From Minisyncoccota bacterium (GTDB lineage: Bacteria > Patescibacteriota > Minisyncoccia > Phycocordibacterales > DSPV01): a DNA stretch of 64,000 bases. The position numbers were made by a program, and so were the translations under genes. A model generated the notes under the pieces. The model had not been told where the DNA came from. It saw nothing but the letters and a program-made list of their open reading frames with translations, and searched no databases. The stretch covers positions 46,813-110,812 of the forward strand of contig JBAZSH010000001.1 in the NCBI GenBank assembly GCA_041662545.1, given 5' to 3'. Shown piece by piece: positions 1-8,989 of the stretch (position 1 is the stretch's first letter; each line of letters begins with the position of its first letter).

Positions 1-13
1 ATCTTAAAATAAT

Positions 14-421
14 ATGAAAAAAATTCTCATAATTGATGACGACAGAATCTTTGCCAAAGTGCTGGGCGAAGCTCTCATCCAAGAAAAATTTACTCTTGTT
101 GAAGCTACCAACGGCGTTGATGGCCTGACGGTTTTTGAAAAAGAGCGGCCTGATTTTGTTGTTTTAGATATGAAAATGCCCGGTCTGGACGGCATTGGCT
201 TTTTAAAACAGTTGCGTGAAAAAAATGAAAATAAAATTCCAACGCCGATTCTTATTGTCTCAAATTTTTCTGATCTTACTCAAGTGAGCGAAGGGGTTAG
301 TTTGGGAATCAAAGGTTATATTTCCAAAACTGAAAAGACGATAGAGAGTATTGTTGAAGATATAAAAAGAATTCTTGAAACCGAAGAAAGATTACGGCAA
401 AAAACACAACTTGGAAAATAA
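14..421 (+). CDS. Stand-alone response regulator receiver domain protein (CheY-like)
   Basis: 135 aa. The LIIDDD...DFVVLDMKMPGLDG...K receiver signature is present (phospho-acceptor Asp, conserved Thr/Lys). No output domain. The 3' end overlaps the prfB start. Confidence 0.8.
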   Translation: MKKILIIDDDRIFAKVLGEALIQEKFTLVEATNGVDGLTVFEKERPDFVVLDMKMPGLDGIGFLKQLREKNENKIPTPILIVSNFSDLTQVSEGVSLGIKGYISKTEKTIESIVEDIKRILETEERLRQKTQLGK

Positions 422-1286
422 TTCAATTCCAGAGAAAATAGCTAAATTGGAAGCGCTGATGCAACAGCCGGATTTTTGGGCTGATAAAACTAAGGCGCAG
501 GCGATGATCAAGGAACTCCAAGAACTAAAAATTGAAGCGGAGGGTGGTGGTAAATATGATAATGGTGGGGCAGTAATTACGATTTTTTCTGGCGCCGGTG
601 GCGATGACTCGGAGGATTTTTCGGCAATGCTTTTTAATATGTATCGGAAATTTATTGAACAACGCGGTTGGCAACTTTCTATAATTCACCAAAATCAAAA
701 TGACCACGGCGGTTTTCGCAATTTAACTTTTGAAATTTCAAATAAGGGAGTTTATGGAATTTTAAAAAATGAATCGGGCGTTCATCGTTTGGTGCGCATC
801 TCACCATTTAATGCCCAAAAAAAACGCCACACTTCTTTTTCTATGGTGGAGGTGATTCCGAAGTTTGAGAAAATTTCAGAGCTAGAAATTCCCGAGCAAG
901 AACTTAAAGTAGAATTCGCTCGCTCTTCTGGTCCCGGCGGTCAAAATGTTAACAAGCGCGAGACCGCTGTGCGCATTGTTTACTTGCCAACCAACTTAGC
1001 CGTTCATGCCGAAACCGAGCGCAGTCAATCAGCCAATCGCGACAAAGCGCTGGCGATTCTCAAAGGCAAACTTTATAAACTTCGCGAGGACGAACGCAGA
1101 GCCAAAGAGCAGGGAATGTATATTTCCAAAACGACCAGCGTAGAATGGGGCAATCAGATTCGCTCCTATGTTCTTCATCCCTATAAAATGGTTAAGGATC
1201 ACCGCACTGGCGTAGAAACCGCCCAAGTGGACAAAGTCCTCGCCGGCGAGCTGGATGAATTCATTGAAGCGGAGAAGAATTTGTAA
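375..1286 (+). CDS. prfB: Peptide chain release factor 2
   Basis: SPF motif (SPFNAQKKRHTSFS), GGQ motif (SGPGGQNVNK) and a PDFW N-terminal block typical of RF2. The start is ambiguous: ATG at 375 or TTG at 411. It is in the +1 frame relative to the upstream ORF, but no CUU-UGA frameshift site is present. Confidence 0.85.
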   Translation: MKPKKDYGKKHNLENNSIPEKIAKLEALMQQPDFWADKTKAQAMIKELQELKIEAEGGGKYDNGGAVITIFSGAGGDDSEDFSAMLFNMYRKFIEQRGWQLSIIHQNQNDHGGFRNLTFEISNKGVYGILKNESGVHRLVRISPFNAQKKRHTSFSMVEVIPKFEKISELEIPEQELKVEFARSSGPGGQNVNKRETAVRIVYLPTNLAVHAETERSQSANRDKALAILKGKLYKLREDERRAKEQGMYISKTTSVEWGNQIRSYVLHPYKMVKDHRTGVETAQVDKVLAGELDEFIEAEKNL

Positions 1287-1288
1287 GT

Positions 1289-2053
1289 TTAGCTATTGAT
1301 GATCTGTTCGATTACTTTCTTTGTTTCCTCCGGACCGGAAACGGCAATGGTTTGAACACCTGTCCGGACGACTGGATAATCATTACCGCCCGGCGACAAG
1401 CGATCGCCGATGAAAACCATCTCCGCGACTGGAATGCCAAGATGTTTTTCAATCTGCAAAATGCCGTAGCCCTTGTCTATGCCTTTTCTTGTTACATCAA
1501 TTGAAGTTGAGCCACCAATTTGGATTTCGTAATCAGGAAGCGTTGGCATTAGAAGGGTAATCACTTTTTGTCGTTTTTCCAGCGTTGGATCCCATTTTTC
1601 TTTGAGCTCCATCGGTGCTTGTTGACCTAAAGCAGAGAAAGTAATCTGGCTTTCGCGGTCTTCAATAATTTCTCCGAAAGGTTTAACCGGCGGTTCGTAA
1701 TTTGACTGGGCGAGCGCGACTTTTAGGGCGGAAATAATTTTTACTCTTTCTTCGTCGGAAAGTTTTTCGAAATAAATATTTTTCCAGTTACCATTGTCAA
1801 AACGATAAAAGCTGGAGGCGCAGGTGGGGAAGAGGAAAAGTTTGCCAAGCAGTTCCGTTGGCGCGCGAAAGCTTCCTAAAAATTGTTTCTCAAACTGCTT
1901 GTAGGGTCCGCCCGAAGTTATCGCTACCATTTTTTTGCCGAGAAGTTTTTCCAGAAGTTTCGACATTTCAGCGTCAAGTGGCTGCTTGCTTTCGGTTAGT
2001 GTCCGGTCGAGGTCAAAAATGATAATTCTTTTATTCTTGAAATTCATAGTCAA
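1289..2053 (-). CDS. Eukaryotic-type phosphomannomutase (HAD-IIB, PMM family)
   Basis: 254 aa. FDLDRTLT matches the DxDxT HAD motif I. IGGSTSIDV...KG and FIGDRLSPGGNDYPV blocks align with PMM2-type FFGDKTMPGGNDHEI. Confidence 0.8.
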   Translation of the reverse strand: MTMNFKNKRIIIFDLDRTLTESKQPLDAEMSKLLEKLLGKKMVAITSGGPYKQFEKQFLGSFRAPTELLGKLFLFPTCASSFYRFDNGNWKNIYFEKLSDEERVKIISALKVALAQSNYEPPVKPFGEIIEDRESQITFSALGQQAPMELKEKWDPTLEKRQKVITLLMPTLPDYEIQIGGSTSIDVTRKGIDKGYGILQIEKHLGIPVAEMVFIGDRLSPGGNDYPVVRTGVQTIAVSGPEETKKVIEQIINS

Positions 2054-2059
2054 GTTGGT

Positions 2060-3952
2060 TTATTCCGTCAAGATTTTTAAAATCTCGGAAAGTTTAAGCG
2101 AGGCGGTGCCGACAACGGAGTCGGCGGCGCCATAATAAATTAAAATTTCATCTTTACGAAGAACGGCGCCGCAAGGGAAAACCACATTAGGCACGGCGCC
2201 TTGGATTTCGTAATCTTCCCGCGCCTCAAAAATCGGTAAAGCAGTGCGCGAAATGACAATCGTTGGGTCTTTTAGGTCAAGGAGGGCCGCGCCGACTCGG
2301 TAATGGGTGGTTTTGGAGACGCCGTGGTAAAGCAAAAGCCAGCCGATTTTTGTTTCTATCGGAGGCGCGGCAATGCCAACTTTCGCTCCGTCCCACATTC
2401 CCATCCGCGGTTCGAGAATTTCTATACACTTGTCAATTTTTTGTTTTTCGAAGTTTAAAGAATCGGTGAAATCGGCGCAGATGCTACCACCAATTCGATG
2501 AAGAATCATAAATTTGCCACCGATTTTTTTCGGCAGAACGCAGGCATCTTTGTCGTCGGTGTCGCCGGCTGAAACCAGTTCTGGTTCAGACCAAAGCCAT
2601 TTTTTTGCCAAAAAATCTTTTTCATTGATAGAAGAAATTGCTACTCGGGGTACTCGGCCGTCAAAAGCGGTGTAGAGAATATAAAGCCGGTCACTAATTT
2701 TGGTAAAGCGCGGGTCTTCCACGCCGCCACCTTCGCCGTTACCGGTTTTTTCAAATGGCGCGCGCGGCAAGTAAATCGGTTCTTCGCTTCGCTCGTCAAT
2801 GGTAAAGCCGTTGTTAGTTTTGGCGTAGCCGAAAGTAGAAACATTTTTGTCGGAGACGGCGCGATAGAGTAAATGAATTTTGTCATCAAGTTCAATTGCG
2901 GCTGGATTGAAAACACCTTTGGCTTCAAAAAGTTTTTCTTTCCGTGGCACCAGAATTGGATTTCCGCCAAATCTTTTAACCAATTCTTGTTTTCCTAAGA
3001 GATAGTCAAGCAGTTCTTTGAGATTGGCCGAAGCTAGACAAGAAAAAGTGTCGGCGGCGCCGTAGAAAATTTTTAAATTTTTTCCTTCTACCAAAGCGCC
3101 GGTGGGGAAGGTGATATTGCCGACATTGCCAAATTTTTCATAATGTTCTTCTGCCGTCAAAAAAGCGCCTTTGGTTTTGCCAAGCACGATGCGGGGATTT
3201 TTTAAATCAAGCAAGGCAGCTTCAATGCCAAAACTTATTTCGCCACCACCCGTATAATGCTGAATGTGGGAGTAAATAATGAGCCAGCCTTTTTTAGTGA
3301 GAACAGGCGGCGCGCCGAGCTCCAAGTGGTCGCTCTCGGCGCGCCGCAAAGAAATTTTATGGGCTTCCAAATTTGGATACCATTTGTTCCAAAACTCCGG
3401 CGACCAGATGTCCTCTTCTTTTTCAAACTCAACATAAGCGATTTCCGAAGGTGGTTTGTCGCAGTTTACTGTTAAAAGCGCCGCGAACTTGCCGCCGATT
3501 TTTTGCGGAAAAATCGCCATCGCTTTGGCATTGAAAGGAGTGACTGGGTGTTTTTCAATTTTTTCAAAATCGCTGGTAACGGCGACGGCGATTTTTATGC
3601 CGTCAGCTGAAAAAGGAAATTTAGAAAGAGCAGTATAGAAAATATAATATTTGCTACCGAGTTTTGTTACGCGCGGGTCTTCGCAACCGAATTTTTCCCA
3701 ATCATATTTTGGCGCGATGAGTTGTCGGCGATTTTCAAAATGCGCACCGTCAGCGCTTTCGGCAATACCAACAGAAGAGATACTGATGTGGTTTTGATCC
3801 ATTAATTCTGGTTCTGCCAGCGCTCGGTAAAGGAGAATGGTTTTGTTTTTGTGAATGACGGAGCAGGGATTAAAAGCTCCCGCCGCTTCAAAGGGGTGAT
3901 TATTTACCGGTCCTAAAATCGGATTTTCTGGATGACGTTTAACGATAAACAT
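2060..3952 (-). CDS. Glycoside hydrolase family 130 (DUF377) protein with two tandem GH130 domains
   Basis: 630 aa. It has two copies of the GH130 N-terminal signature: RHPENPILGP...GAFNP...LLYRA and GGNPILVPRKE...GVFNPAAIE...LLYRAVS. EDPRV/EDPRF and YILYTA blocks are also present. Confidence 0.75.
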   Translation of the reverse strand: MFIVKRHPENPILGPVNNHPFEAAGAFNPCSVIHKNKTILLYRALAEPELMDQNHISISSVGIAESADGAHFENRRQLIAPKYDWEKFGCEDPRVTKLGSKYYIFYTALSKFPFSADGIKIAVAVTSDFEKIEKHPVTPFNAKAMAIFPQKIGGKFAALLTVNCDKPPSEIAYVEFEKEEDIWSPEFWNKWYPNLEAHKISLRRAESDHLELGAPPVLTKKGWLIIYSHIQHYTGGGEISFGIEAALLDLKNPRIVLGKTKGAFLTAEEHYEKFGNVGNITFPTGALVEGKNLKIFYGAADTFSCLASANLKELLDYLLGKQELVKRFGGNPILVPRKEKLFEAKGVFNPAAIELDDKIHLLYRAVSDKNVSTFGYAKTNNGFTIDERSEEPIYLPRAPFEKTGNGEGGGVEDPRFTKISDRLYILYTAFDGRVPRVAISSINEKDFLAKKWLWSEPELVSAGDTDDKDACVLPKKIGGKFMILHRIGGSICADFTDSLNFEKQKIDKCIEILEPRMGMWDGAKVGIAAPPIETKIGWLLLYHGVSKTTHYRVGAALLDLKDPTIVISRTALPIFEAREDYEIQGAVPNVVFPCGAVLRKDEILIYYGAADSVVGTASLKLSEILKILTE

Positions 3953-3974
3953 AGGATAATTTTAGCACATTTCG

Positions 3975-5069
3975 TTATCGGGCGAGAGATTTAAGGAGCG
4001 AGGCGAGAGGCATAGAGGCGACGCAAACGCGCTTGTCGCCACCGCCGTAGTAGACCCGAAGAATATTTTGCTTGTCCAAAGTGGCGCCGCAGGCGTAGAC
4101 GACACCGGGTTTGCCGTCATTTTCATACCATTCATCTGGCGCAAGGATAGGAAAGTTGGCTCGACCAATTTCTTTTTTGGGATTTTTTAGGTCAAGCAAA
4201 AGAGCGCCGAGTTTATAGCGATGTGGTTCTTTTTTATCCATCGCATGATACAAAACCAACCAGCCGTCTTTAGTTTTAAGCGGCGGTGGCCCGGCGCCGC
4301 GCAGATTACTGTCCCAACCTTTGTGATTTTTATTCTGCTTGAAAACGCTTTTAATTTTCTTTTTGCCAGTTGCCAAATCTTCCAACTGGTCGACGAAATC
4401 AATCTGAATTTTTGGCGTGATGCTGTGAAGGATGGCAAACTTACCTTTAATTTTTTCCGGAAATAATACCCAATTTTTATTAATCTCGCCGGGCGGTGAA
4501 ATGAAAATTGATTTGCTCCAGCGCCACCTCTTCTTTTCCAAATCGCTTTCTTTGATGGAAATAACACCGACGCGGATGAAATCCCAGCCATCAAAACCAT
4601 TGAAGGTAACATAAATTTTGCCGTCAATTGCCACCATTCGCGGGTCCTCGACGCCACCGCAGGAACCACCCGAGGGATACATCACTGGATTGAAATTGCT
4701 CACACCGGCGCGGGAGAGTGCGTCCAGGCGAGGGCTTGACATACCAAAAACCGGAAAGGGAAATTTGTCGGTGAAATTTTCACCATCGGTGCTGGCGGCA
4801 TAACCGAGTCGCGAAACGCCATCATTGCCGATGGCGCGATAAAGTAGATGAGTTTTGCCGTTTTGGTCGCGCAAAGCCGCCGGATTAAAAACGCCATTGG
4901 CCTCAAAATGATTGCTAGATTCAGGGCTGAGAATGGGATTTTTAGATGTCCGTTGGAGTTTGGAAATTTTTGCCAGTGACAGTTTTTTGATTTTTGATCT
5001 GGTATTTAGCCAGGAAAAAAAAGCTGCCACCAGTGCGAGCATTAAGCCTACTGACAAAAGCCAGCCCAT
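3975..5069 (-). CDS. Membrane-anchored GH130 (DUF377) glycosidase/phosphorylase
   Basis: 364 aa. N-terminal TM helix (LLSVGLMLALVAAFFSWL) followed by KNPILSPE...GVFNPAAL...LLYRAIG and GGVEDPRMV GH130 blocks. Confidence 0.75.
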   Translation of the reverse strand: MGWLLSVGLMLALVAAFFSWLNTRSKIKKLSLAKISKLQRTSKNPILSPESSNHFEANGVFNPAALRDQNGKTHLLYRAIGNDGVSRLGYAASTDGENFTDKFPFPVFGMSSPRLDALSRAGVSNFNPVMYPSGGSCGGVEDPRMVAIDGKIYVTFNGFDGWDFIRVGVISIKESDLEKKRWRWSKSIFISPPGEINKNWVLFPEKIKGKFAILHSITPKIQIDFVDQLEDLATGKKKIKSVFKQNKNHKGWDSNLRGAGPPPLKTKDGWLVLYHAMDKKEPHRYKLGALLLDLKNPKKEIGRANFPILAPDEWYENDGKPGVVYACGATLDKQNILRVYYGGGDKRVCVASMPLASLLKSLAR

Positions 5070-5166
5070 AATTTTTGATTAGTAATAATAAATAATTATA
5101 TCATTTTTCCCTTTCCTTTATATCAAGGGGATTGTGGATAAAAAAGATAGGTAATATAATAGATGA

Positions 5167-5847
5167 GTGATTTATTTTGATAATGTTTCAAAAATTTACT
5201 CGGAGGACTCATCGGCTTTGCGCGACATTACCTTGTCTATTGAGCCGAAAGAATTTATTTCCATCGTCGGTCATTCTGGCGCCGGCAAGACAACTTTGCT
5301 AAAAATGATTTTGGCTGAGGAAAGGCCGTCCTCGGGTAAAGTGTTTTTTGATAAAATTGATGTCCACCAGCTTTCCCGCCCGGAAATTACTAAATATCGC
5401 CGGCGCATTGGCACGATTTTTCAGGATTTTCGTTTGATTCCCGATAAGACCGCCTACGAAAATATCGCCTTTGCTATGGAAGCGGCGGGGCGGTTGGACG
5501 ATGAAATTGAATCAGATGTGCCCCATGTTTTGGATCTGGTGGATTTAGGCGATAAGCTTTGGAATTTTCCCCACGAACTTTCCGGCGGTGAAAAACAGCG
5601 AGTAGCCATTGCGCGGGCGATTGTTAATCAACCGGAAATTTTGATGGCCGACGAGCCGACTGGCAATTTGGATCCCCTTAACACTTTTGAAATTGTTCAG
5701 ATTTTGAAAAAAATTAATGATTTGGGTACGACGGTAATTTTGACCACTCATAATAAAGGGGTGATTGATTCGCTCGGCAAGCGCGTAATTACCCTAGACG
5801 CCGGCCGCATCATCCGCGATGACCAAAAGGGACACTATTTATTATAG
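5167..5847 (+). CDS. ftsE: Cell-division ABC transporter ATP-binding protein FtsE
   Basis: GTG start. Walker A GHSGAGKTTLLK, ABC signature LSGGEKQRVAIARA and Walker B ILMADEPTGNLD are present, with end-to-end similarity to E. coli FtsE. No ftsX follows. Confidence 0.85.
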   Translation: MIYFDNVSKIYSEDSSALRDITLSIEPKEFISIVGHSGAGKTTLLKMILAEERPSSGKVFFDKIDVHQLSRPEITKYRRRIGTIFQDFRLIPDKTAYENIAFAMEAAGRLDDEIESDVPHVLDLVDLGDKLWNFPHELSGGEKQRVAIARAIVNQPEILMADEPTGNLDPLNTFEIVQILKKINDLGTTVILTTHNKGVIDSLGKRVITLDAGRIIRDDQKGHYLL

Positions 5848-5849
5848 AA

Positions 5850-8627
5850 ATGAAAAAAATGAAAATTAAAATTCTGGCGGTAGTAATTTTTATTTTTCCT
5901 TTTTTCGCAAACGCCGCCACTTTCGTTTCTGGTGATATTTCTACTAACACCACTTGGACCAAAGCCGAAAGCCCCTACATTATTTCTGACCATTCTTTTA
6001 TAAATGTTTCTGTTGGCACCACTTTGACAATAGAACCTGGCGTAGTCGTGAAATTTGGCAATCGTTCCCGTTTAAATATTTATGGTTCATTAAAAGCTGT
6101 TGGCATAGCTAGTGACAAAATTTATTTTACCTCCTTAATAAACGATGCCATTGGCGGCGATGATAATGGTGATGGTAATTTAACCGAACCATCGCCTTAT
6201 GATGATTGGAATATTTTTTTAAGAAGCGGTTCGTATGATATTGAATTTGAGAATGTAGGATTTAGTTACAGTTACGATACCGTATGGGCATCAGAATCAG
6301 AAGTTTCTTTTGTTAATGTCTCGTTTACTGATTGTTTTGATGCTATTGGTGCTTACAAATCCAAGATAGTTATTAATACTGTCGAAGTCAGGGATATTGA
6401 TGGTAGTGTGGTTTGGGGAGACAATGGTAAATTTGAAATTGAGAGTTTAAATGTAGATGGGGTATATGGATTTTATCCACCTTTGGATTTTTTTCGCGGC
6501 GCTGAGATAACTATAGATAATTCTAAAATTACGAATGTTGGGCTAGCTCGGGCATTAAGAATAGATGGTTCACACGCTACTGTGACTAATTCGGTTTTTT
6601 CTGGTGGGTTATATAGCGGCATTGAAATTCATGATGATTTTTTTAAAAAAATTCCTTCAACTTTGTCAATCACTAATTCCATAATTGAAAATTTTGTAGA
6701 CAACGGATTATATATCTATTCAAGTAAGGTTGATATTAGTAAAACTAAAATTTCCAGCAATCGGCATGGGATAAGAATAAATGATTGGTCCGGTCATTCC
6801 AGGTCCGAAGTCGCTGTTTCTCAAAGTTCAATTGTTGACAACAGTGATTATGGAATTTACACCAATGGATTGAATTCTGTTGATGTTCGCAATAATTGGT
6901 GGGGTGACTCAAGTGGCCCTTTTCACCAAACACTCAATTCGTCCGGTTTAGGCAATGCTGTTTTTGGCAATGTTTTGTTTGACCCGTGGCTGGCGAGCGA
7001 TCCGACAGCAGAAAAAAGAATTGACCCGGTGCTCATTATCCCAGGCATTCTCGGCTCAGCGGAGAAAGACGGCGTCTGGTTGATTGATCCGATTTTTCAT
7101 ACCTATGACGACTTAATCGCCACTCTGGTGGCAAACGGCTATGTTGAAGGTCAAGATCTTTTTACATTTCCCTATGATTGGCGTTTTTCTAATATACTGA
7201 CGGCGGTGGCGTTGAAAAATAAGATTGCGGAAGTGAAAAATATTTGCCAGTGCGACAAGGTGGATTTGGTAGCGCATTCAATGGGTGGTCTCGCGGCGCG
7301 GCAATATATTCAATCTCCCCAGTACGCCGATGATGTGGACCAATTAATTTTTCTCGGCACACCACACCTCGGAGCACCAAAGGCGTATTATTCTTGGGAA
7401 GGAGCAACTGTTCCGCCCAACGATCCAGTTTATTCGGTCATCAAATTTATGTTATGGAGCGAAGCGTTTAAGCTTGATCAAAGTTTATTTGATTATATTC
7501 ATCAATCAGTTTTTTCAATTAGAGAGTTATTGCCAATTTATGATTATCTGACTCTCAAGGATTCTGGTATTGTGGAAAAGTATCCTAACGGTTATCCAGC
7601 AAACTCTTTTCTTGAAAATCTTTCCGCGGGCACAGATGAACTCTTGAATTCCGGTGTTGAGATTATCAACATTGTTGGCAATACAGGAAATTCCACTATT
7701 ATTTCAATTGAAGTAGCATCATCAACAGAACCAAATTTGTGGGAGCATGGCAAACCTGAAATTGTGAGTTATGGGGGAGGAGACGAAACTGTTCCAATAA
7801 CAAGTGCAATTTTAACTTTTTCAGATTCTTATGTTTTTGATAGTAGACATAATAAACTACCGACAATTGCTGAAGGGATAGTTTATAAAGAACTTACTAC
7901 TAAAGATGCTACTACTTTGGTGGATAATTGGGATTTAATCAATTTAAAATTATTGCTAATAAAAATCCTTTCTCCCGCCGACATTCAAGTAATTGCTCCC
8001 GATGGTAGTATTGTTGGCAAGGATTTTGCTACCGGACAGGAAATCAATCAAATTCCCGGTGCCTTTTATTCTGGTTTCCAGACCGACAATGAATATGTGA
8101 CCATTCCTAATCCACAACCTGGCGATTATATTGTTAAAACTATTGGCACTGGCTCCGGCAGTTATATTGTGGCAACCAGTTTAATCTCTAATACTGGCAG
8201 TGTTGAGAAAGAAACCATTGGCACAACAAAACCGGATTTTGTCGCTCAAGTGGAAGTCAGTGTGTCTGGTGATGACTCGCTGGAAATTTTACCTCCTGAT
8301 GTTCAGGCGATTACGCCAGATTTCGTCATTGCCGATATTCAACTTGCCTATGACAATGGCTGGCTCAAAGACAAGAAAATCCGAGACAAACTCATCAAAG
8401 AAATCAAAGCAATGATTAAAGTTGAGAAGAAAATTGAAAAAATTGAGACCAAAGTCAAAGAGAAAAACATTGAAAAGAAAATTGAAAAACTAGAGGTCAA
8501 AGTGGATAAGGTGCTTGCCAAGGCATTAAAAACAGAATTAAAGTTGTATAATGAAGGGAAGATTTTGACCGATGAAGGATTTAATTTAATTAAAAACGAT
8601 ATTGAATTATTAATGTTAATTTATTGA
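5850..8627 (+). CDS. Secreted multidomain protein: parallel beta-helix repeats + LCAT/PGAP1-like alpha/beta-hydrolase (lipase) + K/E-rich coiled-coil tail
   Basis: 925 aa with a signal peptide (MKKMKIKILAVVIFIFPFFANA). The N-terminal half has beta-helix repeat motifs (NNWWGDSSGPF). The central region has PVLIIPGILGS...YDWR and the nucleophile elbow AHSMGG seen in lecithin:cholesterol-acyltransferase-like lipases. The C-terminus has KIEKIETKVKEKNIEKKIEKLEVKVDK repeats. The gene starts 3 nt after the ftsE stop. Confidence 0.6.
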   Translation: MKKMKIKILAVVIFIFPFFANAATFVSGDISTNTTWTKAESPYIISDHSFINVSVGTTLTIEPGVVVKFGNRSRLNIYGSLKAVGIASDKIYFTSLINDAIGGDDNGDGNLTEPSPYDDWNIFLRSGSYDIEFENVGFSYSYDTVWASESEVSFVNVSFTDCFDAIGAYKSKIVINTVEVRDIDGSVVWGDNGKFEIESLNVDGVYGFYPPLDFFRGAEITIDNSKITNVGLARALRIDGSHATVTNSVFSGGLYSGIEIHDDFFKKIPSTLSITNSIIENFVDNGLYIYSSKVDISKTKISSNRHGIRINDWSGHSRSEVAVSQSSIVDNSDYGIYTNGLNSVDVRNNWWGDSSGPFHQTLNSSGLGNAVFGNVLFDPWLASDPTAEKRIDPVLIIPGILGSAEKDGVWLIDPIFHTYDDLIATLVANGYVEGQDLFTFPYDWRFSNILTAVALKNKIAEVKNICQCDKVDLVAHSMGGLAARQYIQSPQYADDVDQLIFLGTPHLGAPKAYYSWEGATVPPNDPVYSVIKFMLWSEAFKLDQSLFDYIHQSVFSIRELLPIYDYLTLKDSGIVEKYPNGYPANSFLENLSAGTDELLNSGVEIINIVGNTGNSTIISIEVASSTEPNLWEHGKPEIVSYGGGDETVPITSAILTFSDSYVFDSRHNKLPTIAEGIVYKELTTKDATTLVDNWDLINLKLLLIKILSPADIQVIAPDGSIVGKDFATGQEINQIPGAFYSGFQTDNEYVTIPNPQPGDYIVKTIGTGSGSYIVATSLISNTGSVEKETIGTTKPDFVAQVEVSVSGDDSLEILPPDVQAITPDFVIADIQLAYDNGWLKDKKIRDKLIKEIKAMIKVEKKIEKIETKVKEKNIEKKIEKLEVKVDKVLAKALKTELKLYNEGKILTDEGFNLIKNDIELLMLIY

Positions 8628-8628
8628 G

Positions 8629-8976
8629 ATGAAAATATTGAAAAATGTTTTTTTGTTGGTGGTTGTTGTCGGGTTGTCTTATTTATTATCTTATCCCATT
8701 GGTTCTCTATATGGCAGTTTATTTACAGGAACAGGATCTTTTGTAGATATGACTAGTCTTTTGGGTATTCCTCTAGCTTACATCTTTCTTTTGACTTCAG
8801 TTTTCACCGTTTGGGGTGGTACGAAAAAATATTGGTGGATCGGTATTGGTTTAATTCCAGTGGCAATCGTTGAACTTTATCTTGACCCAAATCGTATTTA
8901 TTTTCCAATTCTTCTCGGCTTCCTCGGCTGGCTTGTTGGTTTTGGGATTCGGAAACTTTTCGTTGGGAAAAAATAA
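8629..8976 (+). CDS. Small integral membrane protein (about 4 TM), hypothetical
   Basis: 115 aa, hydrophobic throughout. It starts 2 nt after the stop of the upstream gene. Its 3' end (8893-8976) is duplicated at 15279-15365. Confidence 0.5.
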   Translation: MKILKNVFLLVVVVGLSYLLSYPIGSLYGSLFTGTGSFVDMTSLLGIPLAYIFLLTSVFTVWGGTKKYWWIGIGLIPVAIVELYLDPNRIYFPILLGFLGWLVGFGIRKLFVGKK

Positions 8977-8989
8977 TTAATATAAAACT

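Noticed and set aside
375-421. Programmed +1 frameshift in prfB, suggested by the frame offset to the upstream ORF
   Set aside because: No CUU-UGA (or any in-frame stop plus slippery) site. The conserved N-terminal PDFW block is already in the main frame after an ATG. The upstream ORF is an unrelated receiver protein.
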